Positions 49,183-59,674 of a stretch of DNA of 64,000 nt are shown here, piece after piece. How positions within the stretch are numbered: position 1 is the stretch's first letter; each line of letters starts with the position of its first letter. A program made the translations under genes and the position numbers. Source of the stretch: Candidatus Heimdallarchaeota archaeon (GTDB lineage Archaea; Asgardarchaeota; Heimdallarchaeia; JABLTI01); the NCBI GenBank assembly GCA_018238155.1, contig JABCTZ010000017.1, positions 96,001-160,000 of the forward strand, read 5' to 3'. The notes beneath the pieces were generated by a model. That model saw only the letters and a program-made list of their open reading frames with translations, was not told the origin of the DNA and searched no databases.

Positions 49183-50493
49183 TTATCTAACTACTAAAGA
49201 GTTTTTGTTCTTATTATTTTTTTCCTTGTTCACCTTTGGTTGTTTTAGGAAAAAAGCAATCACTATTGCCCCTACACTGAAAACTCCCATGGTAATAAAT
49301 AACCCCCAGACGCCAAATATTTCTCCTATTGGTTTAGTTAACAATGCGCCTGAAACACCTGCAATTCCATAAGCAGTGTAAATTATTCCATAATTTGGTC
49401 CAAGATTATTCGCACCAAATAAATCAATTGTAGCTGTTGGATATAAAGAGAAATTTCCTCCGAAACAGAAATAGATTAAACAAACCCAAATGAAGAACAA
49501 TATTTGACTATTTATTGTTAAAGCAAATGTAACCATCACTACTGTTTGTAATCCTGCAAAACAATATAGCACTTTTTTATAACCAAACCAATCAGATAAT
49601 TTTCCCCAAACAATTCGTCCAAGCCCATTAAATAAAGCTGCCCATGCTCCAACTTGACTTAGGAATAAATCATTTGACCAAGATGCTGTCTTCCCAAATG
49701 TTTTATAAAAACCGACTATGAAAAGACCAGACGCCGCAGTCAAAATGAACATTGACCACAACATCCAAAATTGAGGTAGCTTTATTGCTTTTTCTCTCGG
49801 ATAATTTTGAGAGGCAGCAAGGACACCACTTTCTTCTTTTAGAGCGGGTTTCTTCCATCCAATAGGTTGATAATTTTCTGGTGGCAATTTAAGTGTCAAC
49901 GACCCCCCAATAATCATTATTGCAAAAATGATTGCTAGAATACGTAATAAAGACGGTACTCGGGTAAAGACCGCTGCTTCAATAACAGTATTGCTTGGGT
50001 TCACAAATGCTGTGGAAATAATGTTAAAGATGAAAGCTCCTGCCCCAAACCCAGCAACAGCAAGTCCATTTATTAGTCCTTTTTTATCTGGAAACCATTT
50101 TGCTGCTGCAGCAATTGGACAAACATAAGCAAATCCGATTCCAATTCCAAACAGCATACCATATGTAAGTAGCATTCCAACAAAAGTAGTCATAAATGAG
50201 GAAAGTAATAATGCACATGTAACAATTACACCTCCAAATATACCAACTTTCATAGGACCAATTTTTTGCTGTAATTGCCCGGAAAATATCATTGTTATTG
50301 CAAATGTGAGTAGGCTGAGTGCAAAAATAAACAAAGTTTGACTATTGTCTATTTCTGTTGCACTAAATGAATTTAAAAATGGAGTGATATATGATCCCAT
50401 ATTACCCCAACAATAGATTGTCCCAAGAGCTAATTGAATTATAATAGCTCCTATTACAACAATCCACCTATTAAATGCCCTTTCTTCAACCAT
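49183..50493 (-). CDS. OFA (oxalate/formate antiporter)-family MFS transporter
   Basis: NRW, GIGIGFAYVCP, KWFPDKKGLINGLAVAGFGAG, NGLGRIVWG.LSD, FGGNFSLYP, NYG. Confidence 0.9.
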   Translation of the reverse strand: MVEERAFNRWIVVIGAIIIQLALGTIYCWGNMGSYITPFLNSFSATEIDNSQTLFIFALSLLTFAITMIFSGQLQQKIGPMKVGIFGGVIVTCALLLSSFMTTFVGMLLTYGMLFGIGIGFAYVCPIAAAAKWFPDKKGLINGLAVAGFGAGAFIFNIISTAFVNPSNTVIEAAVFTRVPSLLRILAIIFAIMIIGGSLTLKLPPENYQPIGWKKPALKEESGVLAASQNYPREKAIKLPQFWMLWSMFILTAASGLFIVGFYKTFGKTASWSNDLFLSQVGAWAALFNGLGRIVWGKLSDWFGYKKVLYCFAGLQTVVMVTFALTINSQILFFIWVCLIYFCFGGNFSLYPTATIDLFGANNLGPNYGIIYTAYGIAGVSGALLTKPIGEIFGVWGLFITMGVFSVGAIVIAFFLKQPKVNKEKNNKNKNSLVVR

Positions 50494-50627
50494 GATCTAT
50501 AACACCTGCAAAGTTTACCGTATAATGTGATTGGACTTCTATGTGCTCTGATTTTAGTAGCTCTTTTAAATTCTTTTCGAAGAAATGTTCTACAAAAGTT
50601 TTCTCGATAAGAAATGAAAAGATGCGC

Positions 50628-51968
50628 TCATAAAATATTCAACTCTACTAGGTGATCAATCCTTTTTTGGATTAGTGCTTTCGTTCCAACATCTTTTCTG
50701 TGAAAAAGAGGTCCTTTTACAAAAGTTGTTGCCTTTTCTGCTATTTTTTCTGCTTGTTCTATAGTGTCTGCAATACCCACAATAGCTATTGCTCGAGAGG
50801 ATGTAGTGATTATTTTGCCTGTTGCTAATTCACTAACAGATGAATAGTATAAATCAGCACCTTCATTGATTATTTTTTCAACAGCGACATCTATTGGTTC
50901 TTCCTTTTTAGGTGACACCGGATAACCTTCAGGTACAAGATATTTACAAACTGTAGCTTTATGCTCGAATTCCACGTTTAGCTCAGCTAATTTCTTATTG
51001 ATCATTGCATTGAAAACATCAATGAGAGGTGTTTTCAAGAGTGGTAATACATTCATTGCTTCTGGGTCGCCAAAACGAGCATTATATTCTAGAAGTTTTA
51101 ATCCCTTTGTAGTTAGCATGAATCCACCATACAAAATTCCACAATAATCTTGTCCTGTTTCTTCTTTGATTGCCTTTGCGGATTTTCTAATGATTTCTTT
51201 TGCTTCTTCTACTATTTTTGCTTGAATGAAAGGTAATAGATGATCCTCAGCACTATAGGATCCCATTCCACCGGTGTTTGGTCCCTGATCCCCATCAAAA
51301 GCTCGTTTATGATCTTGAGCTATAGGTGTAGCAACAATATCTTCTCCTGATACAAAGCACTGAAGTGAGAATTCTTCACCAACAAGCAATTCTTCTAAAA
51401 CAACAGGTTCACCTTGTTGGAAAATCTCTTTACAGAATGCAACTACTTCTGCAATTCCTAAGAGGTGTTCACCCATTAACTTTACTCCTTTTCCACCGGC
51501 AAGACCATCTCTCTTAACAACTACTTTTCCGAGTTTGTTAACATAGTCAATAATATCTTGATCCTTTGAATCTGGTTGGAAAACTTTGAATTCAATTATC
51601 CCTGGGATATTATATTTCTTCATTAAATCTCGAGTAAAACTCTTCGAGGCTTCCACACGGGCATTTGTTTTTGTTGGTCCTATGGACTCTACTCCTTTAT
51701 CTTTCAAGAAATTAACAATGCCTTCTGCAAGTGGGTTTTCAGGACCGATAACAGCAAAATTTGGTTGAATATCATTGATAAATTCCTCAAGTGCAATATA
51801 ATCATTTAACTTTGCAATCTTCACTTTAGTTGATAATTTTGCTATACCGGGATTTTTTGCTTTCATGAATGCATAAAGCTCTAAATCGCTTCGTTTTAGT
51901 GCTTTTGCTATTGCATGTTCTCTTGCTCCTTGCCCAACTAGTAGTACCTTACATTTTTTTCCAGTCAT
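50628..51968 (-). CDS. purD: Phosphoribosylamine--glycine ligase
   Basis: GQGAREHA, IGPENPL, GLAGGKGV, QDHKRAFDGDQGPNTGGMG, EYNARFGDPE. Confidence 0.98.
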   Translation of the reverse strand: MTGKKCKVLLVGQGAREHAIAKALKRSDLELYAFMKAKNPGIAKLSTKVKIAKLNDYIALEEFINDIQPNFAVIGPENPLAEGIVNFLKDKGVESIGPTKTNARVEASKSFTRDLMKKYNIPGIIEFKVFQPDSKDQDIIDYVNKLGKVVVKRDGLAGGKGVKLMGEHLLGIAEVVAFCKEIFQQGEPVVLEELLVGEEFSLQCFVSGEDIVATPIAQDHKRAFDGDQGPNTGGMGSYSAEDHLLPFIQAKIVEEAKEIIRKSAKAIKEETGQDYCGILYGGFMLTTKGLKLLEYNARFGDPEAMNVLPLLKTPLIDVFNAMINKKLAELNVEFEHKATVCKYLVPEGYPVSPKKEEPIDVAVEKIINEGADLYYSSVSELATGKIITTSSRAIAIVGIADTIEQAEKIAEKATTFVKGPLFHRKDVGTKALIQKRIDHLVELNIL

Positions 51969-52272
51969 TTTTTTTCACTTCTACATTAATTTTAGATAGT
52001 AATCTTTTAAACTTTTCATTTTGCTCGTATGGTTAAACATTGATTCCATTTCTTCTTTACCAATTAATTTGTAATTATTCATATATTGCTAAGTGAAAGA
52101 AATAGAGTTAAGAGAAATTGAAAGGATAACAATTACGGAATCATTCGATGCATAACTAGCAATTACTACTCTGATATCAATTGTTTATGTTAATCTAATC
52201 TTCAAATGAAATGATCTGTTGAAGAGATTAAAGATGAAATCACTCTATTAAATACAATCAAAAAAAGAAGCG

Positions 52273-53733
52273 CTAACTTTCTCTTTTACATAACCCTTGA
52301 GAAGGCGGAGATTTAATTGAGTAATTTCCTGTTAGACAAGCTAAGCAGAGATTATTATTATCTGGCCAGAGGTCGAAACCAATTGAATTGACCAATAATG
52401 GAACTGTATTATAGATTATTGCATCTACTCCAACTAGCTCTGCTATTGCCTCATCAGTTCGTCCACAAGCAATTAATTCTCGTTCTGTTGGAAAATCCGT
52501 GCCCATAAAACATGGATGGATTAATTTCGGGCAACTAATTGCGAAATAAACTTTTTCTGCTCCGGCATCCCGAATCATTTTTATGATTCCTTTTGATGTT
52601 GTACCTCTTACAATAGAATCATCAACTAGAACCACTTTCTTACCTTTGACGAGATTTGACATCACATTCAGTTTTAGCTTTACTGCTTCTTCTCGAGCAG
52701 CTTGTCTAGGCATAATGAACGTTCTTCCAACATAGCGGTTTCTAATTAACGCTTCAGAATATTCGATTTTTGTTTCTTTGGAGAACCCAATTGCAGCAAT
52801 TCTACCTGAATCAGGTATTGGAACTACGAGATTTGCTTCGTATCCTCTTTCTTTAAATAATCTTCCTAGAGCACGACCAATTTTCTCTCTCGCTTCATAA
52901 GCGGAAACACCATCCATAACTGCATCAGGTCGAGCAAAGTAGACCCATTCAAACATACAATGGGCAATTTTTTCTTCTTTAACCAGTCGTTTATGTTTAA
53001 TGCTTTTTTCAGATACAATTAACATTTCTCCCGGTTTAACATCACCTTCAGGTTTTGCTCCAACAATGGTTAGTCCTATTGTTTCTGAAGCAATAACAAA
53101 ATCTCCCTCTCGAGTTTTCCCATAACACATCGGTTTGAATCCTAGTGGATCTCTTAATGCAATCATTTCCCCTCTACTTGTTGTGATGAGAATTGAATAA
53201 GCTCCATCTAGATTTTCAATTAGTAATTTACAAGCTTTATTCATATCACCTTTTTCTTTTTCTAAACCGAAATCAAGGAGTTTACCAATAACTTCTGTAT
53301 CTGTATCATGACTAAAACGATAACCTTCTTCCATGAGAAAATCTCTAACTTGTTCATAATTAGCAATTGTACCATTAAAGGCAATTGCTATCTTCATCAT
53401 TCTAGTCTGCATAACAAATGGTTGAATGCCAATTGTTAAATCGACACCTGCCGTTGGATATCGAACATGCCCTATACCAAATTTACCCTTTAAGGATGCT
53501 AATGTTGTTTTATCAAAAACGTCTTTTACAAAACCAAGGTCGGAAATCGTTCGCATATTTTTCTTATTGACTATTGTAATTCCAGCACTAGATTGTCCTC
53601 TATGCTGTAAAGCTAACAACCCTTGATAAAGTAGGAAACCTAAATCGTTAATACGTTTCGTGGTTCGTATACCAATAATTCCACAATGTTCTCTAGGTTT
53701 GTCAATTTCCAAGCATGTATCCTCAAACGACAT
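52273..53733 (-). CDS. purF: Amidophosphoribosyltransferase
   Basis: Propeptide then EHCGII, LQHRGQ, GHVRY, CMFEWVYFARPD, VDDSIVRGTT, CLAC. Confidence 0.98.
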   Translation of the reverse strand: MSFEDTCLEIDKPREHCGIIGIRTTKRINDLGFLLYQGLLALQHRGQSSAGITIVNKKNMRTISDLGFVKDVFDKTTLASLKGKFGIGHVRYPTAGVDLTIGIQPFVMQTRMMKIAIAFNGTIANYEQVRDFLMEEGYRFSHDTDTEVIGKLLDFGLEKEKGDMNKACKLLIENLDGAYSILITTSRGEMIALRDPLGFKPMCYGKTREGDFVIASETIGLTIVGAKPEGDVKPGEMLIVSEKSIKHKRLVKEEKIAHCMFEWVYFARPDAVMDGVSAYEAREKIGRALGRLFKERGYEANLVVPIPDSGRIAAIGFSKETKIEYSEALIRNRYVGRTFIMPRQAAREEAVKLKLNVMSNLVKGKKVVLVDDSIVRGTTSKGIIKMIRDAGAEKVYFAISCPKLIHPCFMGTDFPTERELIACGRTDEAIAELVGVDAIIYNTVPLLVNSIGFDLWPDNNNLCLACLTGNYSIKSPPSQGLCKRES

Positions 53734-53797
53734 TTTTCTCTATAGTTTTAAAATTTATAGATTTACTACAAAATGAAAAGAAATAATAAAGGAGAAT

Positions 53798-56047
53798 TCA
53801 TTTCTGAATTTTGCCTTCCATTTCTTCTTCCATTCTATATTTCCACTTTTGTTTGATTTCTTCAAGTGATAATTCAATAATATTAATATCATTACCGTTG
53901 CTTATTAGTAGTTTCTTCTCTTCAATTACTGTTCCAATTAAAGTAGCCGGGATTTGGTGTTGTGCAAATTGAGCTACAACCTTCCCAAGATTTTCATCAG
54001 TTGCTGTTACCAGAAATCTCCCATGTGTTTCAGAGAATAATTTGATATCAACTCGGTCAGTATCTGCAGGTATTCGATGTAGATCTATGTTATATCCTAA
54101 ATCACCAGCCATTGCCATTTCAGTTAAGGCAACAAATAGTCCACCTTTCGATAAATCATGCGATGCAGATACCAGTTCAGAATTGATGATAGACACCATG
54201 TCTGACAAAGTACTCTTAGCTTTGGTAAAATCAACTTTAGGAACTTGACCGTTTTCTGTTTGATGAATAACTCGGGTGTATTCTGATCCACCAATTTCTG
54301 TTCTAGTTTCGCCAATAAGAATGACATGTTGTTTTGATGCTTTGAATTTACTATTCATTGCTTTTGAGACGTCTTCAAGTAGACCCGCTGCAAATATCAC
54401 TGGAGAAGGCTTCACAGCAACATTATTTACTTGGTCATGGTTGTAGAAACTAACATTGCCACCAACACAAGGAATATCAAGTGCTTTCGCTGCGTCAGCT
54501 AATCCTTCCACAACTTTTTCAAAAGTCCAGAAAACTTTTGGGTGCTCGGGATTACCAAAATTCAAACAATCTGTGAATGCTATAGGTTCTGCACCAACAG
54601 CAGCAACATTACAACATGCTTCCATTAATACTCCTGCTCCACCGTTATATGGATCAAGATAGCAATGATGTGAATTACCATCAAAAGTTGCTGCAATGCC
54701 TTTTTTTGAACCAAATTCAGATAATCGAAAAACGCCGCTATCGCCTTGCCCAGACTTTATTGTAGAGTAAAGACCCACTTCAGTATCATATTGACGATAA
54801 ACCCATTCTCTACTTACAATATTATCACTCGTCATTATTTTTCGGCAAATGCTATTGAGCTCCTTTATTTTTGGTTCCTTTGGCAACCATTTTCTATCGA
54901 GCTTATCAAGATAATCTGGATATTCTGCTGTCCTATTTGCAGCGGGAGGTTTAGTTAGAAGATGTGCCGGTAAGTCAACAATTGGTTTCCCTTTGTAGTT
55001 TACAACACATTTTCCAGTATCAGTTACAATACCAAGTTCCTCGAAAGGAAGTTCATACTTTTCAAAAATAGCATTTATTTTTGGAACATTTTCCAGTTTA
55101 ACAACAAAGAACATCCTTTCTTGAGATTCACTAACAAGGATTTCCCATGGTTCCATATCATCTTCTCGAATTCGTATTTTCTCCAAATCGATTTGTGTTC
55201 CAGTTCCACCTGCATCAGCAGTTTCAGAGATAGAACAAGTGACTCCTGCAGCTCCTAAATCTTTTAATCCCTCAACCACTCCCGATTTTATTGCCTCAAG
55301 AGTTGCTTCAATAATTAACTTCTTCATATATGGGTCGCCAATTTGCACTGCTCCTCTATCACTCTCAGATTCTTCAGTAATATCCTTAGATGCAAATGAT
55401 GCTCCGCCGATACCGTCTCTTCCTGTAGATCCCCCAAGTAGAATTAATCTATCTCCTGGTGTTGTTGCTGTGCTCAGAGCCAATTCATCTTTACGCATTA
55501 TGCCAAAACAACCAACGTTGATTAAGCAATTTATTTGGAATGAAGGATCAAATTCGATTTCTCCACCTGCATTTGCAATTCCAACACAATTACCGTATCC
55601 ACCTACTCCTTTCGTCACATGCTTTAGTAACCATTTTGTGTGTGGATCAGATAATTTGCCAAATCGAAAGCTATCCAATAGCCCAATTGGTCTAGCTCCC
55701 ATACAAAGAATATCACGAATAATTCCACCAACACCAGTAGCTGCACCATTATATGGATCAAGAGCTGAGGGATGATTATGCGATTCTAGTTTAAACACTA
55801 AGGCTAAACCGTCACCAATATCTACAACACCTGCATCTTCACCTGGACCACAAATTACTCTTGGTCCTTCTGTAGGTAATTTTGGAAGAACAGGACGACT
55901 GCTTTTGTAAGAACAATGTTCTGAGTTCATAACTTCAAGCATAGCTGCTTCAGGTATAGTTAAGTCTCGTTGGAGTTCTTTGAAAACAGCTGCTTTCTCT
56001 TCTGCAGTTAAGTTAATTTCATCTTGTTGTATTGTTTCTTGTATCAA
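53798..56047 (-). CDS. purL: FGAM synthase subunit PurL
   Basis: SEHCSYKSS, ESHNHPS, GAATGVGGIIRD, DLGAAG, SESQERM, DCLNFGNP, GGNVSFYN. Confidence 0.98.
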   Translation of the reverse strand: MIQETIQQDEINLTAEEKAAVFKELQRDLTIPEAAMLEVMNSEHCSYKSSRPVLPKLPTEGPRVICGPGEDAGVVDIGDGLALVFKLESHNHPSALDPYNGAATGVGGIIRDILCMGARPIGLLDSFRFGKLSDPHTKWLLKHVTKGVGGYGNCVGIANAGGEIEFDPSFQINCLINVGCFGIMRKDELALSTATTPGDRLILLGGSTGRDGIGGASFASKDITEESESDRGAVQIGDPYMKKLIIEATLEAIKSGVVEGLKDLGAAGVTCSISETADAGGTGTQIDLEKIRIREDDMEPWEILVSESQERMFFVVKLENVPKINAIFEKYELPFEELGIVTDTGKCVVNYKGKPIVDLPAHLLTKPPAANRTAEYPDYLDKLDRKWLPKEPKIKELNSICRKIMTSDNIVSREWVYRQYDTEVGLYSTIKSGQGDSGVFRLSEFGSKKGIAATFDGNSHHCYLDPYNGGAGVLMEACCNVAAVGAEPIAFTDCLNFGNPEHPKVFWTFEKVVEGLADAAKALDIPCVGGNVSFYNHDQVNNVAVKPSPVIFAAGLLEDVSKAMNSKFKASKQHVILIGETRTEIGGSEYTRVIHQTENGQVPKVDFTKAKSTLSDMVSIINSELVSASHDLSKGGLFVALTEMAMAGDLGYNIDLHRIPADTDRVDIKLFSETHGRFLVTATDENLGKVVAQFAQHQIPATLIGTVIEEKKLLISNGNDINIIELSLEEIKQKWKYRMEEEMEGKIQK

Positions 56048-56049
56048 GA

Positions 56050-56766
56050 TTAACTCCTCCTCAAGAATTTCTCAATGGATTGAAAATAGAATTTTCCATC
56101 TTCGGTTTCCCATGGGCTCAGAGTGCTTTCTGCTGCTCTCTCAGGATGAGGCATTAGTCCTACAACGTTACCTTCTAAGTTAGAGATGCCAGCAATATTT
56201 TCAATTGAACCATTTGGATTTGCTTCTTTTGTTACCTCTCCTGATTCAGTTGTGTATCGCCATACGATTTGATCATTATCGTTTAATTCTTTCAATCCCT
56301 TTGTATCCAAATAGTATCGACCTTCACCATGAGCAATTGGGATTTTCCAGACATCTCCTTTCTTTGCTATGTTTGTTGCTGCACTTCTTTCAGTTTCAAC
56401 ACGCAAATTCGTCCATTTGCAACTGAAACGTAATGTTTCATTACCAATAAGAGCTCCTGGTAAAAGTTCTGATTCAACAAGAATTTGAAAACCATTACAG
56501 ATGCCTAAAACTGGTACACCTTCTTTGGCTCGTTCTTTTACTTTGCTCATAACTGGTGTGAAAGCAGCAATGATTCCTGCACGTAGATGGTCTCCGTATG
56601 TGAATCCTCCGGGTAAGAAGATTGCATCATACTTTTCCAGATTCTTCATTGCTTTTTCGTGCCATAAGAAATCAACATCCCACTCCATTACATTTCTCAT
56701 CGCATTTACAAGGTCTCTATCACAAGTAGAGCCTGAGAATTGGATTACTACAACATTCATTGGCAT
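56050..56766 (-). CDS. purQ: FGAM synthase glutaminase subunit PurQ
   Basis: [38 protein letters not shown]. Confidence 0.97.
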   Translation of the reverse strand: MPMNVVVIQFSGSTCDRDLVNAMRNVMEWDVDFLWHEKAMKNLEKYDAIFLPGGFTYGDHLRAGIIAAFTPVMSKVKERAKEGVPVLGICNGFQILVESELLPGALIGNETLRFSCKWTNLRVETERSAATNIAKKGDVWKIPIAHGEGRYYLDTKGLKELNDNDQIVWRYTTESGEVTKEANPNGSIENIAGISNLEGNVVGLMPHPERAAESTLSPWETEDGKFYFQSIEKFLRRS

Positions 56767-56795
56767 AAATTTTTCACCACATATTTTACCAAAAA

Positions 56796-57053
56796 TCATT
56801 TTACTAATTGGATGACACACATGTGAGCTACTGGATTGTAGATTCGAAGTTCATTTACCATTTTTAAGCAAATTTCTTCTGCCTCGTTCTCATCTTTGGC
56901 TTCTAAATTTACCTTCAAAATCTTGCCACTGCGAACAGATTCGACCATATCATAACCATGCTTTATCATGAGATCACGCATGATTGTTTCACCCTCGGGG
57001 TCTCGAGCGTTCTTTTTTCCCTCAATAATTATTTCAACAGAAAATTTGGGCAT
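56796..57053 (-). CDS. purS: FGAM synthase subunit PurS
   Basis: RDPEGETI, VRSGK, YNPV; upstream of purQ. Confidence 0.93.
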   Translation of the reverse strand: MPKFSVEIIIEGKKNARDPEGETIMRDLMIKHGYDMVESVRSGKILKVNLEAKDENEAEEICLKMVNELRIYNPVAHMCVIQLVK

Positions 57054-57168
57054 AATATGACTTACCACCTAGATCTACTATGAAATGGACTTATGTTTCC
57101 AGAGAAGAGCTTAGGTTTTAAATCTTCTTTTGAAGATGCAAAGAAAAAAAAGGAATTATTGAAAGAGA

Positions 57169-58527
57169 TTAGTTCTCTTTCGGTTTAACATAGATTCCTG
57201 CATCAGACATGACGTAAATTAAAGCATCTTTTTTATCCATTAAAAATTCTGCAAGATAATTTCTCATAGTTTCTTGAACAGACCCTTTTATTTTTACCCC
57301 ACTAATTCTGAATGTCTCTTTGAGTTCTTTATGATCCATTTCAGTGATCATATCAATTTGATTGTCTTTTAGTATTCGAAGAAGGTCCACAGGTTTTTGA
57401 TTGCCAATTTTGAACGTTTCTTCGCTACATTTATTCGCAACAACCCATGTAAGAGCTTCATCTAGATCTTTTTCTTTTATTGCGATCATTGTGTCATGAT
57501 AGGCTTGATTTCCAACACCATCTTGAGCTCTTGCTAGGAGAAGAATTTTACCTCCTTTTCTGGCTGCATTCCAAGCGGCATGCATACCTTTACCTGCTTG
57601 ATACAAATTCAAACCTAGATCGCTGGTGGTTATAATAACTAAATCAGCTCCTTTATCAACTTCTATTTCTCGCAAAGGTTTGAGTAAATCGCGAGCAAGG
57701 TTGTGAATAGAGATTATATCACCTGCATTAAGCAGAACTATTTTCTTATCATTAAGGATTGCATCTATACAGAAAACTGCCTTAGTCTTTTTGACAAATT
57801 CAACCATTTCAATCATATCTTGAATGACTGGGTTTCCTTCAGTGTTCCCTAATCTACATTCAGCTTTAAAACCAGTTTCTTTTGAAAATGCTTTTGGATG
57901 GTTTCTGCTGATAGTTTTTCTCCCAGAAATACCAGGGAAGAATTGTTTTACAGTTCCTGCTACTCCGGCAAAATAGTGATATTCAGAATCTGTCATTGCA
58001 ATGACGAGACAAGCATCAAGTGCTAATTTATTTAAGAAAATTGGTGTGCCTCGTGATGATGTTCCAATTTGAGTTACACCTTCATCACAATTATGACTTA
58101 CAACATGGTCCTTGTATTTTTCCCATATTTCTGCACCAAGAACCTTATTCTTTATTTCTTCTTCAGTTCCAGGTCGGTGTGTACCACTTGCTATTAGTAT
58201 ATGCAAATCCGATGGTGCAACTCCGTAATCTATGATTTTCGGGAAAAGTAATGGTAGAAGTATTCTAGTATGAATATTAGGGCGTGTGTTATCATCTGTT
58301 AAAATAATAACTGGTTTGCCTTTTGAATAATTTTCATCGATGAGGTCTTTTAACGAAAGACTGTCAATTGGACTCTCAATTACATCCAGTAACCTTTTGT
58401 TAATATCCTCTATCTCTTTTACTGCTCCAGTAATCTCAAGATTGCGAGCATCAATTCCTTTTGGAATAAAATAGTTAATTTCATCCGCACCATAATCTAT
58501 TGGCGTGTTCATATATTCGTTAGTCAT
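57169..58527 (-). CDS. larA: LarA family nickel-pincer-dependent lactate/2-hydroxyacid racemase
   Basis: DDNTRP, ASGTHR, HYFAGVAGTVKQFFPG, NLYQAGKG. Confidence 0.85.
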   Translation of the reverse strand: MTNEYMNTPIDYGADEINYFIPKGIDARNLEITGAVKEIEDINKRLLDVIESPIDSLSLKDLIDENYSKGKPVIILTDDNTRPNIHTRILLPLLFPKIIDYGVAPSDLHILIASGTHRPGTEEEIKNKVLGAEIWEKYKDHVVSHNCDEGVTQIGTSSRGTPIFLNKLALDACLVIAMTDSEYHYFAGVAGTVKQFFPGISGRKTISRNHPKAFSKETGFKAECRLGNTEGNPVIQDMIEMVEFVKKTKAVFCIDAILNDKKIVLLNAGDIISIHNLARDLLKPLREIEVDKGADLVIITTSDLGLNLYQAGKGMHAAWNAARKGGKILLLARAQDGVGNQAYHDTMIAIKEKDLDEALTWVVANKCSEETFKIGNQKPVDLLRILKDNQIDMITEMDHKELKETFRISGVKIKGSVQETMRNYLAEFLMDKKDALIYVMSDAGIYVKPKEN

Positions 58528-58670
58528 TTTTAAACCATCCAAATCGTTTTGCTATTACGAGCAACATTTCTCTGAGTGAATTATTAACATTTTTGATTAA
58601 TTATAGAATGCTTTTTTCTCGAATGAAAAAGTTAATGTATGAATGTTTTTTATTAGTGTACTTGATTTTA

Positions 58671-59018
58671 ATGCCCTTAGAAAAATTGTGCTCAACGAAA
58701 GATATCCCAGAAAATGATGCTAAAAGATTCAATATCAAGAACTTTGATATTGCTGTTTTTAATGTGAATGGTGAATTTTACGCAATTAATCGTAAATGTA
58801 CACACATGAAAGGCAACCTTGCCAAGGGTTTGGTTGAAGATACTACGGTGAGATGTCCCCTACATGGAGCAAAGTTCAATCTAAAAACCGGCGAGTTAGT
58901 AACCCATCCTGGTACAATAGCTGGTTGGTTCAAAAAAGCAAAAAATACTACTGTGTATAAAACTAAAGTGAAAAACAATGATCTTTATGTTGATCTTCCT
59001 CAACCCATTGAGGAGTAA
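58671..59018 (+). CDS. Rieske-type [2Fe-2S] ferredoxin
   Basis: CTH...CPLHGAKF. Confidence 0.92.
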   Translation: MPLEKLCSTKDIPENDAKRFNIKNFDIAVFNVNGEFYAINRKCTHMKGNLAKGLVEDTTVRCPLHGAKFNLKTGELVTHPGTIAGWFKKAKNTTVYKTKVKNNDLYVDLPQPIEE

Positions 59019-59053
59019 TTTTTTTGCTATGATTTATGGATTATTCATAACAA

Positions 59054-59410
59054 TTATTTTTCTGACCATAAACCTAATTGGTTGCCACAGCAGTCTTCGA
59101 AAACAGCATAAAAACCAAAATTATTACCAATGTCTGTTTTTTCTCGAACAATTTTACCTCCTAAATCGACAATTGTTTCAAGTGTAGTATTAATATTTTC
59201 TGTTTGAATATGTAACATTATTTCTCCTTTAGCAACTTTCTCTGATTCGAAGAATGCTCCACCAACACCTGTTTCACCGGTTTTGAAAAATGAATAGCCG
59301 GGCATACCTGTTTCAGTAGTGACCTCCCAAGAGAATACAGTCTCATAAAACTTTTTTGCACTTTTAATATTTCTAATTGGAATCTCTATATGAACGAATT
59401 TTTTCTCCAA
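59054..59410 (-). CDS. VOC/glyoxalase family protein
   Basis: FVHIEIP, AKKFYETVFSW, GGKIV, FEDCCGNQLGLW; TTG start after AGGTGA. Confidence 0.9.
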   Translation of the reverse strand: MEKKFVHIEIPIRNIKSAKKFYETVFSWEVTTETGMPGYSFFKTGETGVGGAFFESEKVAKGEIMLHIQTENINTTLETIVDLGGKIVREKTDIGNNFGFYAVFEDCCGNQLGLWSEK

Positions 59411-59496
59411 AAATATCACCTGTATTTGTTTCAATTAAATATTAATGAAAGGAAGTTAAAAAACCTTCCAGTTAACTTTATGACTATTTTTCATTC

Positions 59497-59545
59497 TGAA
59501 ACCATTTTTGAACCTTAAGCAAACCATTGCTAGAGCTCCTTTATA
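59497..59545 (+). promoter_or_regulatory. Three 11-bp-phased AACCWT repeats upstream of a TTTATA box
   Basis: AACCAT 59500, AACCTT 59511, AACCAT 59522; TTTATA 59540-59545. Confidence 0.5.
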
Positions 59546-59674
59546 GGATAATTTGTTTATAGTTATACTGCAGATAAAATTGAGCTAATATTCATAATCA
59601 AGACTGTACTCTTTCAACACCCATTTGATCTCCAGAATAAAGCTCATCGATTAAAAATATTTGAGGTAAAAGAA

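Noticed and set aside
51969-52272. 300-nt gap between purF and purD as a riboswitch or small gene
   Set aside because: Very AT-rich, only a weak imperfect hairpin near 52196-52230, no recognisable riboswitch consensus or credible ORF
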